Below are positions 36,855 to 52,600 of a DNA stretch of 64,000 nt, piece by piece. This stretch comes from the human T2T-CHM13v2.0 reference genome, Homo sapiens, in NCBI RefSeq assembly GCF_009914755.1, contig NC_060935.1; one strand, written 5' to 3'. The notes beneath the pieces were generated by a model. That model was not told the DNA's origin. It did not search any database and saw nothing but the letters and a program-made list of their open reading frames with translations. The translations under genes were made by a program, and so were the position numbers. Positions within the stretch are counted from its first letter, which is position 1, and every line of letters starts with the position of its first letter.

Positions 36855-37202
36855 TTAGGATGGTTATCCAAGATGTTAACTCAGATTTCTCACACTCCAA
36901 GGTCCGTGCACCACGGTGGTGCCCACCTTGAAGGACAAACACTGACTGGTTGTGTTCAACTTAGTATTCTTAAGGCCACTTAGGGCTGTTCATTGTACAA
37001 CCCCAGGAGGTGTCACTCATCTCCTGCTCCTAGCATATTTGGATAGTTTTTATGACAAATTTCTAGCAGACCACACTAAAGTGTCTTGAGGAAGGGGAGG
37101 TCTTTAATTCACAGTTGCTCAAAAGTTGAAAGTTGGTCTCAGTGCGCCATGGTCACCTGTAGAAGGCAGGGCCCTGAAACGGGGAGGGATTCAAAACCTT
37201 GA

Positions 37203-37513
<311 letters not shown>

Positions 37514-37548
37514 TTGAGAAGCTTTTAGACGAGCCATGTTGGAACTGA

Positions 37549-38094
<546 letters not shown>

Positions 38095-38379
38095 AGACTT
38101 TGTATTACTTAGGATCTGACACAATATCTCACTTACCTTTTTTCTGTCTTTGGAGTGAACTATATTTTCCCCTAATCTTAGGTGTTAATTTAGTTTCATG
38201 GAACAGGCAATGTACAATATTAAGAATTGATTGTATGGGAGATGCTATGGTAGGTCCCTGGCAGAAAGAATGAGGATGCGGAATGAGGAGAGAAGGATCA
38301 GTGGTGGGCATGGAGTGACATGGTCGGGGTGGGAACTCAAGAGAGATGCAAACGTGAGTAAGATGTGGGCTTGACCACA

Positions 38380-38790
38380 ATGTATAAACGTAGAGGAGAC
38401 CCAACTATGAAGGCTGTCCGTAAGTGTTATGGTGGTGGGGGCGGAAGGCATAAACAAAATCCTCTGGGTACACAGGAGATAGAGAAATACATTCTGCCTG
38501 GGAGAGCTGGAGAAAGCTTCATGCAGAGGGTGACATCTGAGCTGACTCTTGAAGGATGGGTAGGCCCCACACACACAGAGAAGAAAGGAACAGTAGCAGG
38601 AAAGCCATGAGGTGACAGTGGTCTACGGGCTAACATGAGAGTGAGCTACACGTGTTGGGGGTGGGTAGGAACTGTGGCAGGAAAAGCAAAGAACCTTGAA
38701 TGTCCTCTTAAAGACTGTAGATTTTCTACGGGCAACGGGAGTCACTGAAGGTTTTTGAGCAGAGGAGTGGTGTCTTTTGATCTTTTGATT
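38380..38790 (-). mobile_element. L2 remnant
   Basis: gaaagcttcatgcagagggtgacatctgagctgactcttgaaggatg; cactgaaggtttttgagcagaggagtg. Confidence 0.65.
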
Positions 38791-40485
38791 TTCCAGGGCT
38801 GGCTCCTTTGGCGTGTGCGGTTACCTGGTAGCGTCGGTTATATGATGTGGTGCGAGACTGTGCTTTCACTTTTCCTTTCCAGGGGAGCCCTCTCAAGGAA
38901 GAGAACATTATTGTGCTTTTATCTCCTTTTGTCCAGCCTTAGTTTGATCCTCTGTTTGCCATTTCCCCTCTCTTCCCTTTGATGTTCTTGGCAAGGGAAG
39001 AGTTATACCATTGACATCTTCCTATTGACATCTGTGTCAGGTATTTGATTCCTAATACCACATGATTATTCTTTTTGATGAATCAATGGGCAAGGAAATA
39101 AGTTGCTCTCACTGTCCATGGGTTGGAAACCCAGGAAAGTTTAGGAATAAAAGAGTCGAAGAAAGCAGCACACAGACAGAGAGGTGGGACGTGCATGAGA
39201 GCAGAGGACAGCATGCCGTGGTTGGAGGAGGTCTCAAAATAGAAGGTGCTTCTCTTGGGATTCACACCGCGGGCCTTGGCAGGCAGCCCACCCTTATCGT
39301 CATTAATTTCCTGAGTTCAGAATTGGGTACCACACCCTGGTGTTAAGCTGTTAACCTCCAGCATCAAGGCCACAGCCGCTGGGGAGAATTCTTTTCTCAA
39401 GCTGTGGCCTCGTCAGAGTTGTCCTCTGAACATGCCACAAAGGGTGAATGTTCCATCCAGTCCCACAATTCTGGAATTCTATGTATACTTATGTACCTCC
39501 CACGCCTTTCCTCCAGGACACGCACACACAGAGCAAAGTCTTCCTATAGCGGGCCATGATGCTGCAATTGCAGAGTATGTAAGTGTATGTGTAGGCGTGT
39601 GTATATTTGTAAAAGCAGAAGTGCACGCATACGTGTGTGTGTGCATGTGCATGCACATGTGTATAGGGGCATGCGTGTGCATGTGCACACAGAAATATGT
39701 AGGCTTTCAATACATAGAACACGACTTTCCTTTCAGACCTTTCTTTCTTCTATTGCCTGAAAGTATAAAACCTGAAATAATGTGGATAGTTTGAGGAAAC
39801 CAAGGATGTTTCTAGAGCCTGGCTTTTCATAGGCTCTAGAAACAGAGCTCTGTCTGCTCTAGGTTTCGAGACTGGTTACCGTTCTCAGATCCAGGAGTTC
39901 TTTAGACGTCATCCAGTTTTCCTTGCTATGTGCTGTGAAATTACAGCCGTGCCATCAGTAGAGGGCTCCCTCAACCTTAGAAGCTGGTGAGAATGCTTGA
40001 AGGCCACGCAATGTAAATGGGAGAAAAATGCAGATCTGACTGTGAATTTTAAATCCAGTGCCCCAAAGTACTTTTGAAGAGAAGAAACCCTAACCCATCC
40101 TGAAAACAGACGATTTCAGCAAGAAGGTATTTGTAGTGTTTACATTACATGACACTGTTTAAATTCCTGGATCAAGGTCAGTGTAATGTTTATGCTCAGA
40201 GTAACACATAGCTAAGTTATTCTTCAAAGAACGCAAGAAGCAGGGCAACTCCCTGACCAATGGTTTAATTGTTTCTGGACGCGTCACTCATGTTCCTAAA
40301 CTCAGGGTTTCCTAACTATACAATTACAGAACCATCAATCACCTTCAGTCTCAGTCCTGGGCCAAAGCTTTGCAGATGCCAGATCTCAATTTGGCATTTA
40401 CCCAGATTTGTGCCAGCTAAACGTCAAGTGTCCGGCTGATAAAGCACCATGTCCGGGTGTTGAATGCCACAGTCTGCTCAGGTAA

Positions 40486-40890
<405 letters not shown>

Positions 40891-42599
40891 TAAAGTTAGT
40901 ATCTCGTGAGAGTATTCCGATTTTCCACTCTGAAGACAAAGTGGTCTAGGATCCAAGAGCATGTATTAGTCGGAATTGGAGTGTTCTCTCCCTCGAAATG
41001 TGCTAGGTAACCACTGTCCCGGTTTTGGATTGAACTCTTTTCCTTATGAGCTCTAGTCGGCCAAGCACGCTCCATTATTATAACATCATCTGAGACATGT
41101 CACAATGAATAAGGCCACCACTTGCTTGGCTTTGGGTATGTGTCCCTGAGGAAACTGCAGGAGCACACCCCAAATTCCTTAACTACATTTGGGAGGTATC
41201 TTGGGCTTTTAATTGGGGGTTGTAAGGACATATCTGGGCAGTGGGTGAGGCTTCCTGATGTTCTCAAATTCTGGAGAAAAGGAGACACCATACAATGTGA
41301 CCAAAATCTACCTCTGACCCGTCTGCTATCAAAATGTATCAAACACAGCAACAAAGCCAAAGAATCACCTGCAGACTGGGGGGCGGAAGGGCTTGGGGAC
41401 TGGAGAGAAAGCGGAGTTCGTGAGGTCAGGGTCTGTCATTGTGAACTGTATAGGTTTCCAAGAAGTAGCATGAGTCTTCTTCATGATAGAAAGGTAAATG
41501 CGCACAACTAGAAGTCTTGGGGAAGCCACTCCAGCCCACTGCAGTGGGAAACTTAGTGATTTCTGTTTGTCCTGGCTTCCTCCATTCAGATGTTTCTCAT
41601 CAGCTACGTTCAGATTGATTCCATTTGCAAAGCTCTCCTGGCAGTCTCGGCGGAGCAGGCTTGGTGGCAAAATCTCTGGCATTTTCTGATCCTGTCCAGG
41701 CTCTGCTCTTCTTGTGTAGTTTCTTGGCGCTTTGGCTCCCAAGCAGAAACTGGCTAAACAGAGGCTGCTGCTGAACAAAGCCAAATGTAAAACAGAACAT
41801 TGGAACGCCAAGCGGAGTGGTTTTGCTAAATGTGGGGGCTGGGAATGGGCAGAGGACAGTGAGGGATCAGGAGAGGGAGGGACCTCCTTAGAATCGGGCT
41901 GAATTACGCCCTGGTGAAAGTCTGTCGCGGCCCCATCATATCCGCATCCTCACTCACTGTGCAAGATCAAAGGTTGCATCCTTTCGCTCTCCAGTCTCAC
42001 TAACGAACACAATATTTGGGTTGCACCCAGCAGCACCCTCTCATTTCCTGGCCCCCGTGAAGGTGTATGATCCTCGAGGCCCTGACACCTCTCTTCCTTC
42101 TCATCATCCATCAGCCCTGCCTCGCAGCCTCTTGTCAGTTTCCTTCTCGGCATCCCCCTCCCCAGCTGCACTGTTCCACACCTGCCCCATCTTTTCTTCG
42201 CCCACTTGATGCTAACATTTCCTGTACTGTTCTGAAGGGTCCTCATCCTCCCTCTCTTCACACTGCCGCAGCAGGGCGAGGAGGTCCAGTTGGAGAAACT
42301 GCCAGTTTCTCCCTTCCAGTGTCAGGAGAGGGAGAAGGATGCTGCTGTCACGGCCCCTTGGTTCTCTGTTGCAGGGGCTGACAGCACGCCTTCTGTTACT
42401 CTGGTACTTCATCTTGCTGTCTGGATTTAACTTCCCCACGAGCAGATCACACAGTCTGAACTTCCGGTGGATAGCTGAGTATTAGGAAGCAGGGAGCCCA
42501 CTGGCTTTAAGTCCAAGATGTTTATCGAGTCCAGTAAAGCGGATTCACACACACATGCACAGGCACATCCGTGCACACGATCATGCAGTCTTATGGTTA

Positions 42600-43270
<671 letters not shown>

Positions 43271-43669
43271 TGATCCTCACATCTTGTGTTTATTTCCCAA
43301 AGGCTTAGGACTCAGAGGAGAGAGGAGTGTGGTCTACACTGCACATCTCTGCCAAGCCTGGCACGGGATTTGAAGTTCCACACCACTGAGCCAAACACAT
43401 CCAGGTCTGCTTTTTTGTTCCCCTTAATTCCCTCCAACTTGCCAGCATGCACAGAATTTATGCTACCAATTTTGGTGTTCACTAAATTAGGTAATTTTAT
43501 GCGTTTCTTTATCTTTCTCTGCCTAGACCCTCTTCCAACCCGGGGATCTGGTGGTAAGCAAAATACTATTCCAGCAAGTGATGCCCCCAGTCTCCTAAGG
43601 ATATAAGGTATTGAATTTCCTACATTCATGTAGTGTGTTGTAATTTGCAAACCACCGTCACACAGCATT

Positions 43670-43830
43670 CTTTCATTTGATTTTTGCATACATTTTTTGA
43701 GGCTGGTAGGACATCTTCTAGATGAAGAAACTGAGGCTCAGAGGAACTGACTGAATGGCTTGCCCAAGGTCACCTAATTGGTGAATGGCGAAGACAAAAC
43801 TCAAAACCAGGCCATCTAACGCTCCGCCTG
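43670..43830 (-). mobile_element. MIR
   Basis: agatgaagaaactgaggctcagagg...ttgcccaaggtcac core. Confidence 0.75.
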
Positions 43831-44902
43831 TTCCTTTTCTAACACGTGCTGATCCTTTAGCATATATATGACGTCAAAGTCAGCTCTCAATTTGCAATAT
43901 GGTGGGAGGCTGAAGTTCTAGCAAATTTGCCTCCAGATTTTATTTTCATCACCAGATAGGGCGAGGCTATTGGGAATTAAGGACCAATACATCCACAGTG
44001 AGCCACTGGGATAGTGCGTAACCTAATCAGGGCAATGCCAGTTGTCCACGGAGCAGGAGAAAGTGTGTTGGAGAGGAGGGCCAGGACTGGAAGCCTCTGA
44101 CCTAAAAGCACATGCTTGATGTGGAGGTCAAGGCGTAGGCTTACAAGCTGGGCAACAGGGAGCGAGGAAAGGAATGCGCATTTACGGAGCGTCCACTATG
44201 GGCCGTGCTGACCCATTAATCACTCCCAGAACTTGGGAAGGACACTCACAGAGATAGGCCAAGGCTGTGCCAGTTCACACCAGTCTTGTGGTGCTCTGCC
44301 CAGCAGATGGGGGACATTCTCAAGGGTGGGCAAGGGGCTTCATAAGTGGTGATGCCCAGTGCTGAGGGATAGGTTCTGGGCTCATCTCAGAACAGCCTCT
44401 TCTCTCCAGAGACTCAGGCCCAATTCCGTGTGTGTGTGGCTCTGCCTCTGTCAGGATGAGGCTTCTTTGCAGCAGCTTCTCAGCTCTGGGAGCACATGTT
44501 TCTGGCAGTTTTCTGCATCTGTTCACTCTGATGCTTGGATGTACTACTCGGGCTGCAGAGAGCATGCTTCGAGGGAGCTGTGGACGAGGTTCAGCGGCAC
44601 CAATGCTGCAGACAGCTGAGCAGCCCCCTGGGAGGCAGGGGCTATTGAACAGGCATGAACTCTGGGCACGCTCCTGAAAGAGAAAGCCATACTTTCCAGG
44701 GGCACTGCTGAGTATCCCCATGGTAACCCAGGACTGGGTTATCACAGGCCCAGATGCTGAGCTGAGGACTTTAGGACTTCTTCTATAGGCAGTGGGAATT
44801 ATTGAAAAACTTTCAGGAAAGAAGTGACAAGATTAGACTACATTTTAGAAATACTTCTCTGTCAGCAATTCACTCATTTTTTCTCGGAACACTGAGATCG
44901 TT

Positions 44903-45294
44903 AGCTATGGACTGACTTGTGTCTCCCCAAAATTCATATGTTGAAGCCCTGACTTCCAAAGTGACAGTATTTGCAGCTGGGGCCTTTGGGAGACAATTAG
45001 GTTTAATGAGATCCTGAGGGTGGGGCGCTTGGGATGGGATTAGTGCTCTTATAAGAAGAAACTGCAGAGAGCTCCCTATCTCTTCTCCACACACGTGCAT
45101 GGAGGAAAGGCTGTATGAGCACACAGTGAGAAGGCAGCCATCTGCAGTCCAGGAAGAGAGTGCTCACCAGAACTCAGCCATACAGACTCCCTGAGCTCAA
45201 ACTTCCAGCCTCCAGAACTGTGAAAATACATTTCTGTTGTATAGGCCATGCAGTCAGTGGCATTTTGTTACAGCAGCCCAAGCTAACTGAAACA
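44903..45294 (+). mobile_element. MaLR solo LTR (MLT1A/B-like) within L2 remnants
   Basis: ctatggactga..ccccaaaattcatatgttgaagccct ... cagcctccagaactgtga. Confidence 0.85.
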
Positions 45295-45415
45295 GTGCAT
45301 TACCACATGGCCAGCACTAGGTTGGCTCCAAATATCCATCAGTGAACAAAGAGTCCTTCCCCTCATGGAGCTTGCAGTCTAGTCGGGTGGAGGGAAGCAT
45401 TAAATGAACAGTATT

Positions 45416-45686
45416 AATCCCAACACTCTGGGAAGACAAGGCGGGCGGATCACCTGAGGTCAGGAGTTTGACACCAGCCTGGCCAACATGGCGAAACCCT
45501 GTTTCTACTAAACATACAAAAATTAGCCAGGGGTGCTGGCACGTGCCTGTAATCCCAGCTACTCGGGAGGCTGAGGCAGGAGAATCTCTTGAACCCGGGA
45601 GGCAGAGGTTGCAGTGAGCTAAGGCTCATCATTGCACTCTAGCCTGGGCAACAAGAACGAAACTGTCTCAAAACAAACAAACAAAA
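45416..45686 (+). mobile_element. AluS, 5'-truncated
   Basis: Dimer lacking the first ~25 nt. Confidence 0.9.
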
Positions 45687-46082
45687 GAACAGTCAATGTG
45701 AGATACATAGAATTGTTAATTATGAGAGTTACAGGGACCTCACTTAGATTGGAGGAGATAGGAAGGACTTTCTTAGGCTGTGATTGTCAACCTGAGACCC
45801 TAAGGATGAGTTGGGAAAGCCATGGGGGAGCACGAGAGAGAGCATCCCAGGCTTGGGACTGGCATGTGGGAATCCGCTAAGTGAGAAAGGGCTTGGTGAG
45901 CAAGTGACAAAAGAAAGTGTCACCAGGGGGATAGAGTGACATAAAATAAGACTGGGAGCTAGTAGGTGGCAGTCCACAGAGGAGCTTGGAGGGCTTGTTA
46001 GGAGGTGTGGATTTTTTAAAAAAATTCTTTGTGCATTTGGAAGCCATTAAAGGGTTTCAAAGGGTTTTCAATGGAGAAGTGA

Positions 46083-46779
<697 letters not shown>

Positions 46780-46870
46780 GATAGGGTATAGGTGTAACAG
46801 CTGGGAGGAAGAGAGTGAGTTTGACTTTGAGCAAATTGAGTCAGGTGGGAAGTTGGAAACATACCCAGCC

Positions 46871-47423
46871 TGTGCAGAAAGGAGTTATCACAGCGGGCCT
46901 GACACTGCTGTTCATAGAAACACCTGCCTGCAAGGTTGGCCCTTGGCTGGCATCTGGGAACTTGGCTCTCAGAGCATCCCTAGTTAACAGTTAACTGATA
47001 AGGTGGTTCCCCATGGCTAGACTGTCTGTGCAGACAACACAATTTATGCCAAACACCTACTTTCCATCTGAGAGTCTAGGATTTTGCTAGGCAGAGGGTG
47101 CCCATGTGACCAGACCCCAGTTAAGACCTTTGGGCACTAAGTCGGTACTGGGCTTCCCCAGGCAGAAATGTCACACGTGTGTTGCTGCATTTTTACGGAG
47201 GGACAGTGGGCTCTGTGGGACCCTGGTGGTCGGAAAGAGCATAAGGAAGCCTGGCATGGGTTCCTCTAGACTCTGCCTGTGCCTTGACCCCTTATGATCC
47301 AGCGTGTGTCCTCACCACAGCAAAAGGATAAAGCCTCGCCATGAGCACAGCTGTGTGCTGAGTCCCAGGAGCCCTTCCAGAGAACCTTCAAACATGAGGT
47401 AGGCATGGGGGCCGCAGACACAC
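46871..47423. mobile_element. MER21-family LTR
   Basis: tgtgcagaaaggagtta..gcctgcaaggttggcccttggctggcatctgggaacttgg. Confidence 0.8.
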
Positions 47424-47942
47424 AGCCTCTGGATTTAAATTTGGGAGTAATCAGCAGATAGGAAAAAATGGAAACCATAGGGGTGGATGGGATCAGCCAG
47501 GAAGAGTGAACAGAACCCAGAGGAACTCAACAACTTAGGGATAACAAGAGGGAGAGGGCATGCAGAGGAGGCCAGGATGCAGGCACAGGACTGAGGCAGG
47601 TCTGTTGGACTTAGCACAAGGTCATCGATGACCTTGGCAACACAGTCCCGTGGGCAGTGGTGTGGGGAGCTGGCTTGTTAGGGCGTGAGGAAGGGAGCAG
47701 TTCTCTCAAGTATGACTGTGGAAGGTGCACAGAGGTAGCAGAGAGAAATATGGGGAAGTGGAACATATTTTTCAAAGGGGAAAGGGAACGTGATCATTTT
47801 TTTTCTCTGCCTGCTTTATGGCAGGCTGTCAGCTAGACACGAGTGATGCAAATGAAGATGAGATGTGGCCTGGGACTCACAGTGTATGGTCCAGCAGCAA
47901 AGACAGAAGGAAGGGTGCTGAGTGTTTGAAAAGTGAAGTGCA

Positions 47943-48260
<318 letters not shown>

Positions 48261-48701
48261 TTAACCTAACCTGAGGGTTTCATTGAGGGTGTGACCTTTA
48301 ATCTGTGACCTGAAGAATAAGTAGGACTATGTTAAAGTGGGGAGAGAAGAAAGAGGAAAAGGAACATTTCCGGAAGAGGGAAGAGTATATGTGATGTTTG
48401 GAGAGAGAAGTTGTGTGCTTTGGAAGAGCAGCAGGAATTCAGGGAGCGAGGGGAGAGTGGAGAGACATAGCTGTGAAATGCGGGAGTGAAAAGACACAGC
48501 ACCTGCGAACACCGATGGGGAGCTGTCAGCAGAGAGGGAGGGGCTGGGTCTTTGGGAAGGGAGGGGATGGTGGAGGGGCTGAGCGCCTTGAGAGGGTGGA
48601 GGGCTGCAGTATTGAGAAGGGATTAGTTTTGACAGTGGGAAAATACCTCTCATGTAACAGAAACAGAAGGAGAAAGGATAGATTTTAAAAAGGATGGATA
48701 T

Positions 48702-48936
48702 ACAATGGTTTTCAATTTATGATGGTTCAGCTTACAATCAATTGTTTGACTGTTCGATGGGTTTATCCCAATGTAACCCGATTGTAAGTGGAGGAGCGTC
48801 TGGGCTTAGGACGATTCAACTTACACATTTTTGACTTTACAATGGATTTATTGGGATATTAAACGCATTTTAGTCTTACGATATTACCATGGGTTTATTG
48901 GGGATGTAACTCTGTGTAAATTGAGGCGCATCCGTA
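48702..48936. mobile_element. TcMar-Tigger MITE (MER47-like)
   Basis: gatgggtttatc..tgtaaccc..tgtaagt.gaggagc.tctg terminal motif, present twice. Confidence 0.7.
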
Positions 48937-49410
48937 GCTACCAGCAAGATTTCAGGATTCGTGGTAAGAAACGAACAGGGTTTTTAAAATTACGATTTCA
49001 TTTTCTTGTGTTTTTTTTTTTTTTCCTCACCCTGTCCTGCTTCCTGAGATCTGACACATTTGTAGGCTAGGCTTTCGGTAATGTAACTCCAGATGGAGAA
49101 GAGGGAGACATTTTTTCACATCCTAATGCACCAGGGATAGGCTAGCAGGAGGCCACAGTTAGTACTGTGCAAAGCCTACTCTCTTAGGTATGCTGTCCTT
49201 GGTCCTGTCCCTGTGAGAGATTTTCCCCCTTCCCCTCACCCACCTTTGGGATCTGAAGAACCATCTCCATCTAACAGTGAAACTAGAAAGAACCGAGGGA
49301 CTGACAGACCATGTCAGGGCCACACCCAGGACTCCAAACAGTGGTGGAAACTGAGGGGCCAACAAGGAGGATGAGGTAGAGAAGCTGGGCCATGAGGGAG
49401 CCTGGGTGTG

Positions 49411-49696
49411 TATTTATTTATTTACTTTTGAGAAGGGGTCTGGCTCTGTCACCCAGGCTGAAGTGCAGTGGTAGGATCACAGCTCACTGCAGCCTCGACC
49501 TCCCTGGGCTCAGGTGATCCTCCCACCTCAGCCTCCTGGGTAGCTGGAACAGCCCTGGCTAAGTTTTTTATATGTTTTATAGAAACGAGGTCTTACCATG
49601 TTGTCCAGGCTGGTCTCAAACTCTCGGCCTCAAGTGATTTGCCTGCCTCAGCCTCCCCAGATGCTGGAATTCCCGGCATGAGTCACTGTGCCCGGC
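49411..49696 (-). mobile_element. AluJ
   Basis: Dimer with internal deletion. Confidence 0.88.
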
Positions 49697-52600
49697 GTAT
49701 TTTTCTTTTTCTTTGTTTTTTTTTGTTTTAGACCTAGGTGTTTAAATCTCATGATGTACTGTGCCCTTCAGAGAGCTGGAGGATTAATTTAATCAGGGGG
49801 AGGAGTTATCTTCTGAGTCTTCACTCTCCTATGGACTTGACAGAGATTGAAACATGCCTGTTGAATCCAAAATAAGAGAGAGTTATAATGTTCCTCTAGA
49901 TTCGTGTCTATACGTGGCCCGTTAATGGTGAGCTGGTGTCCCCTCTCCCTTCCATGATAAGAGATACGGTACTGGGCTCCACTTAGCAGTGGAGGTGAGT
50001 TTGTTCACTCACAGCGAAGCGTGGCATGGGGATGAGCTGGAGGAGCATGGGAAGCGCAGAATAGTTCTGTGGACAACCATCGGTATTGCTGAGAGGGGGT
50101 CTGCTCGGGTTGCTGGACAGTTTCCATCAAACGCTGTAACTTTATGGTGGCACCAGTGTGCTCAGGGCTGGGATTCCCCCGGGGTGTGGATCTGCTTGTA
50201 GCAGGATGACGTGAGAGGTGAGAGGTGGGGAGAGGGGAATGGGTGCCGTGTGAGGCTCTGCCTGCTGAGCAGCACAGAGAGTCTGTGGGGCAAGGGCAGT
50301 GAGAACACTGGCAAGATTGAGGTGGAGGCGCTGAACGTGGAGTCCAAGCAGCTCAGGGAAAGCTGAAGACAGAGGAGCAGGAAAGATGGATGGGGGAAGG
50401 ACACGTGCGGAGGCGGTCAGGGCATGGGGAAGGATGCATTTATGGGAAAGATCTGGGAAGATGGGAGATTGTGGTTGAGGAGGAGGAGATTTGATGTAGG
50501 ACTTCAGAGGTGGAGCAGTTCTGAGTAATGAGCAGCTTCAGAACGTGGCTTCAGGGCAGCCTCGTTGAACCTTGTCACTGATGGGACCCTCTCTTCCATC
50601 CCATGTCCACATGGCTTCTCTCCTTGCAGCCTCTGACGCACCTCCCCCGCAGCTACCCTTTTCCTATTTTCTGGTCCAGCAAGAGGAACTCACAGCATCT
50701 TTTCTTACTTCCGGAGAAATTCATTCCACATGTGTCTGATTCATTCGCGTTTACAGAAACTTGAAATTTCCAGTGTCCAAAAACCCTTTCAACTATTTTT
50801 TTTCTTCCCTTTCTTAGAAACAGGAAGTTGTGTTTGGCTGCGGACAAACTCTCTCAGTGCCCCTGGGACTTACAAGATGTTTGGAATGAGGAACGGTGAG
50901 GTCTGGGGAAGGCTTCTTTCCTCTCTCCTTTCCTGGGGCGATTCGCATCTGCCAGGGCTGGGCTGGGCAGCTCTGGGGGCTGGAAGGCCAGCCGGAACCT
51001 TCCTGTCTCTTTCTACTGAGCCCCAGGCCTGAGGGAAAGTATGTTCTAAAGAGACAGGTGGCTTTCTTGCTCTCTGCTTGTCATTACGGTTCAGAATGCA
51101 CTTGTGCACTGGTGTCATGTCTCTTCCCAGTACTTGAGCAGTGGCTGTGATGAGTCCCTTGATCTATTTCAGGGGGTGTGGGCTGGCCGGCACTCAGTTT
51201 TAAGCAAGTCCTGCTCTTTCCAAAGTGGAAGGTCAGAAAAACTCCCCACCTGAAGAAGAACGAGCCAGGGAAGTGTGGTACCAGCTGTTTAGGACCACAC
51301 CTATTGGTTACGTCTGGCCAGGTCATTCTGCAGTGTTGACCTGGAAAGCACACAGGTGCTTAGGAGGGGCTGGCCAGGGGCAGGGAAAGTGTGGGAGTCA
51401 CAGCCCACCCACTCCGTTCGCGGGACCCTCCAGTTTTTACTGTTGCTCGTTGTGTTCTCCTGTGTTGTTTAGAATGTTGTCATATGTACGGTCAATACAA
51501 CCACAGTATTTGTCGCATTAGTGATCACCAACATTGAGCCAATGAAGACGCTGGCTTAGATGGGTGACTTCTTCTTTCCCACATTCCACATGCAGCTCTC
51601 CCAATGCGAGCTCAGCGGAGGCCCCCAGAAAAACGTGGGGAGGAGAGTTTTCCCCATAAGACAGACTGTCCTTCAGCCCCGGCCACCAAAGAGGAGTAAC
51701 CCGGGCCTGCTGTTCTCTGGGACTGAATGCGGCTGCATCCTTCCCTTCCTCTGCTTCCTGTCCCGGTACTTACTGACGGTGCACATGCGGGGCTTGGGGA
51801 AGCTGAGTGTCTAACCGCGGTGCAGCTACGGATGGGAAATTCTGGGCAGGGACGAGCCTGTCTTCACCTGAGGAATTCCCTCCCACATCACACAGGGCAG
51901 AGTGGGAGTGGAGGAGGGCAGAGGACACGTCTCAGGGCCAGTAACCTAGGCTTATAGAAGACGTCATCACCGTCCTCATGATGTTCACCCCGTCTCCTGT
52001 TTTTTGGGGCCATGTGTTCCGAAATGTAGCTTCAACTCATCATAGGGGCAAAAAGAAGTGATGAGTCTGTGGCAGCAGAAATCTGGGAATCCAAGGGTCG
52101 TGCTACATCTAGTCCTCTTTGATAAATTCTGCCTTCCTGTTCACATTTTTCGAGAAACCATTTTGAATTCCCAAACAGCAAAGGAAATGCTGCAGGTTCC
52201 TGGAGGGACCTGGTGATCTGGGGCAGAGCACACGGAGTCGAGATTGCTGCGGGGTTCACGAGCCTCCCCTCCTGGGACCAGGGGCACCTGGGCAGGGTAG
52301 TCTGCACCACGCAGGAAAGCCCAGTACACGCAGCTGCTCAACGCTGCAGACGCCATAGCGCAGGGCTGACAAGGCCTCCCTCTTTATCTGCCCTGGACCA
52401 CAAGTGGAAAATATCAAGACAAAGCAAAAGCCAGTATCCCTTAAGAACTTTCCAATTGTTCTTGTCATTTGTAGTTTTGTTTTTTGGGGGGTGTGGGGAG
52501 GGAGGGGTGGTTTGAAACAACTCCGGAGCACACTCCAGAGGAAAACAGGAAGGGTGACATGTTTGGACACCAGAAAAGAGGAAGAGTCCTCACTAAGAGG

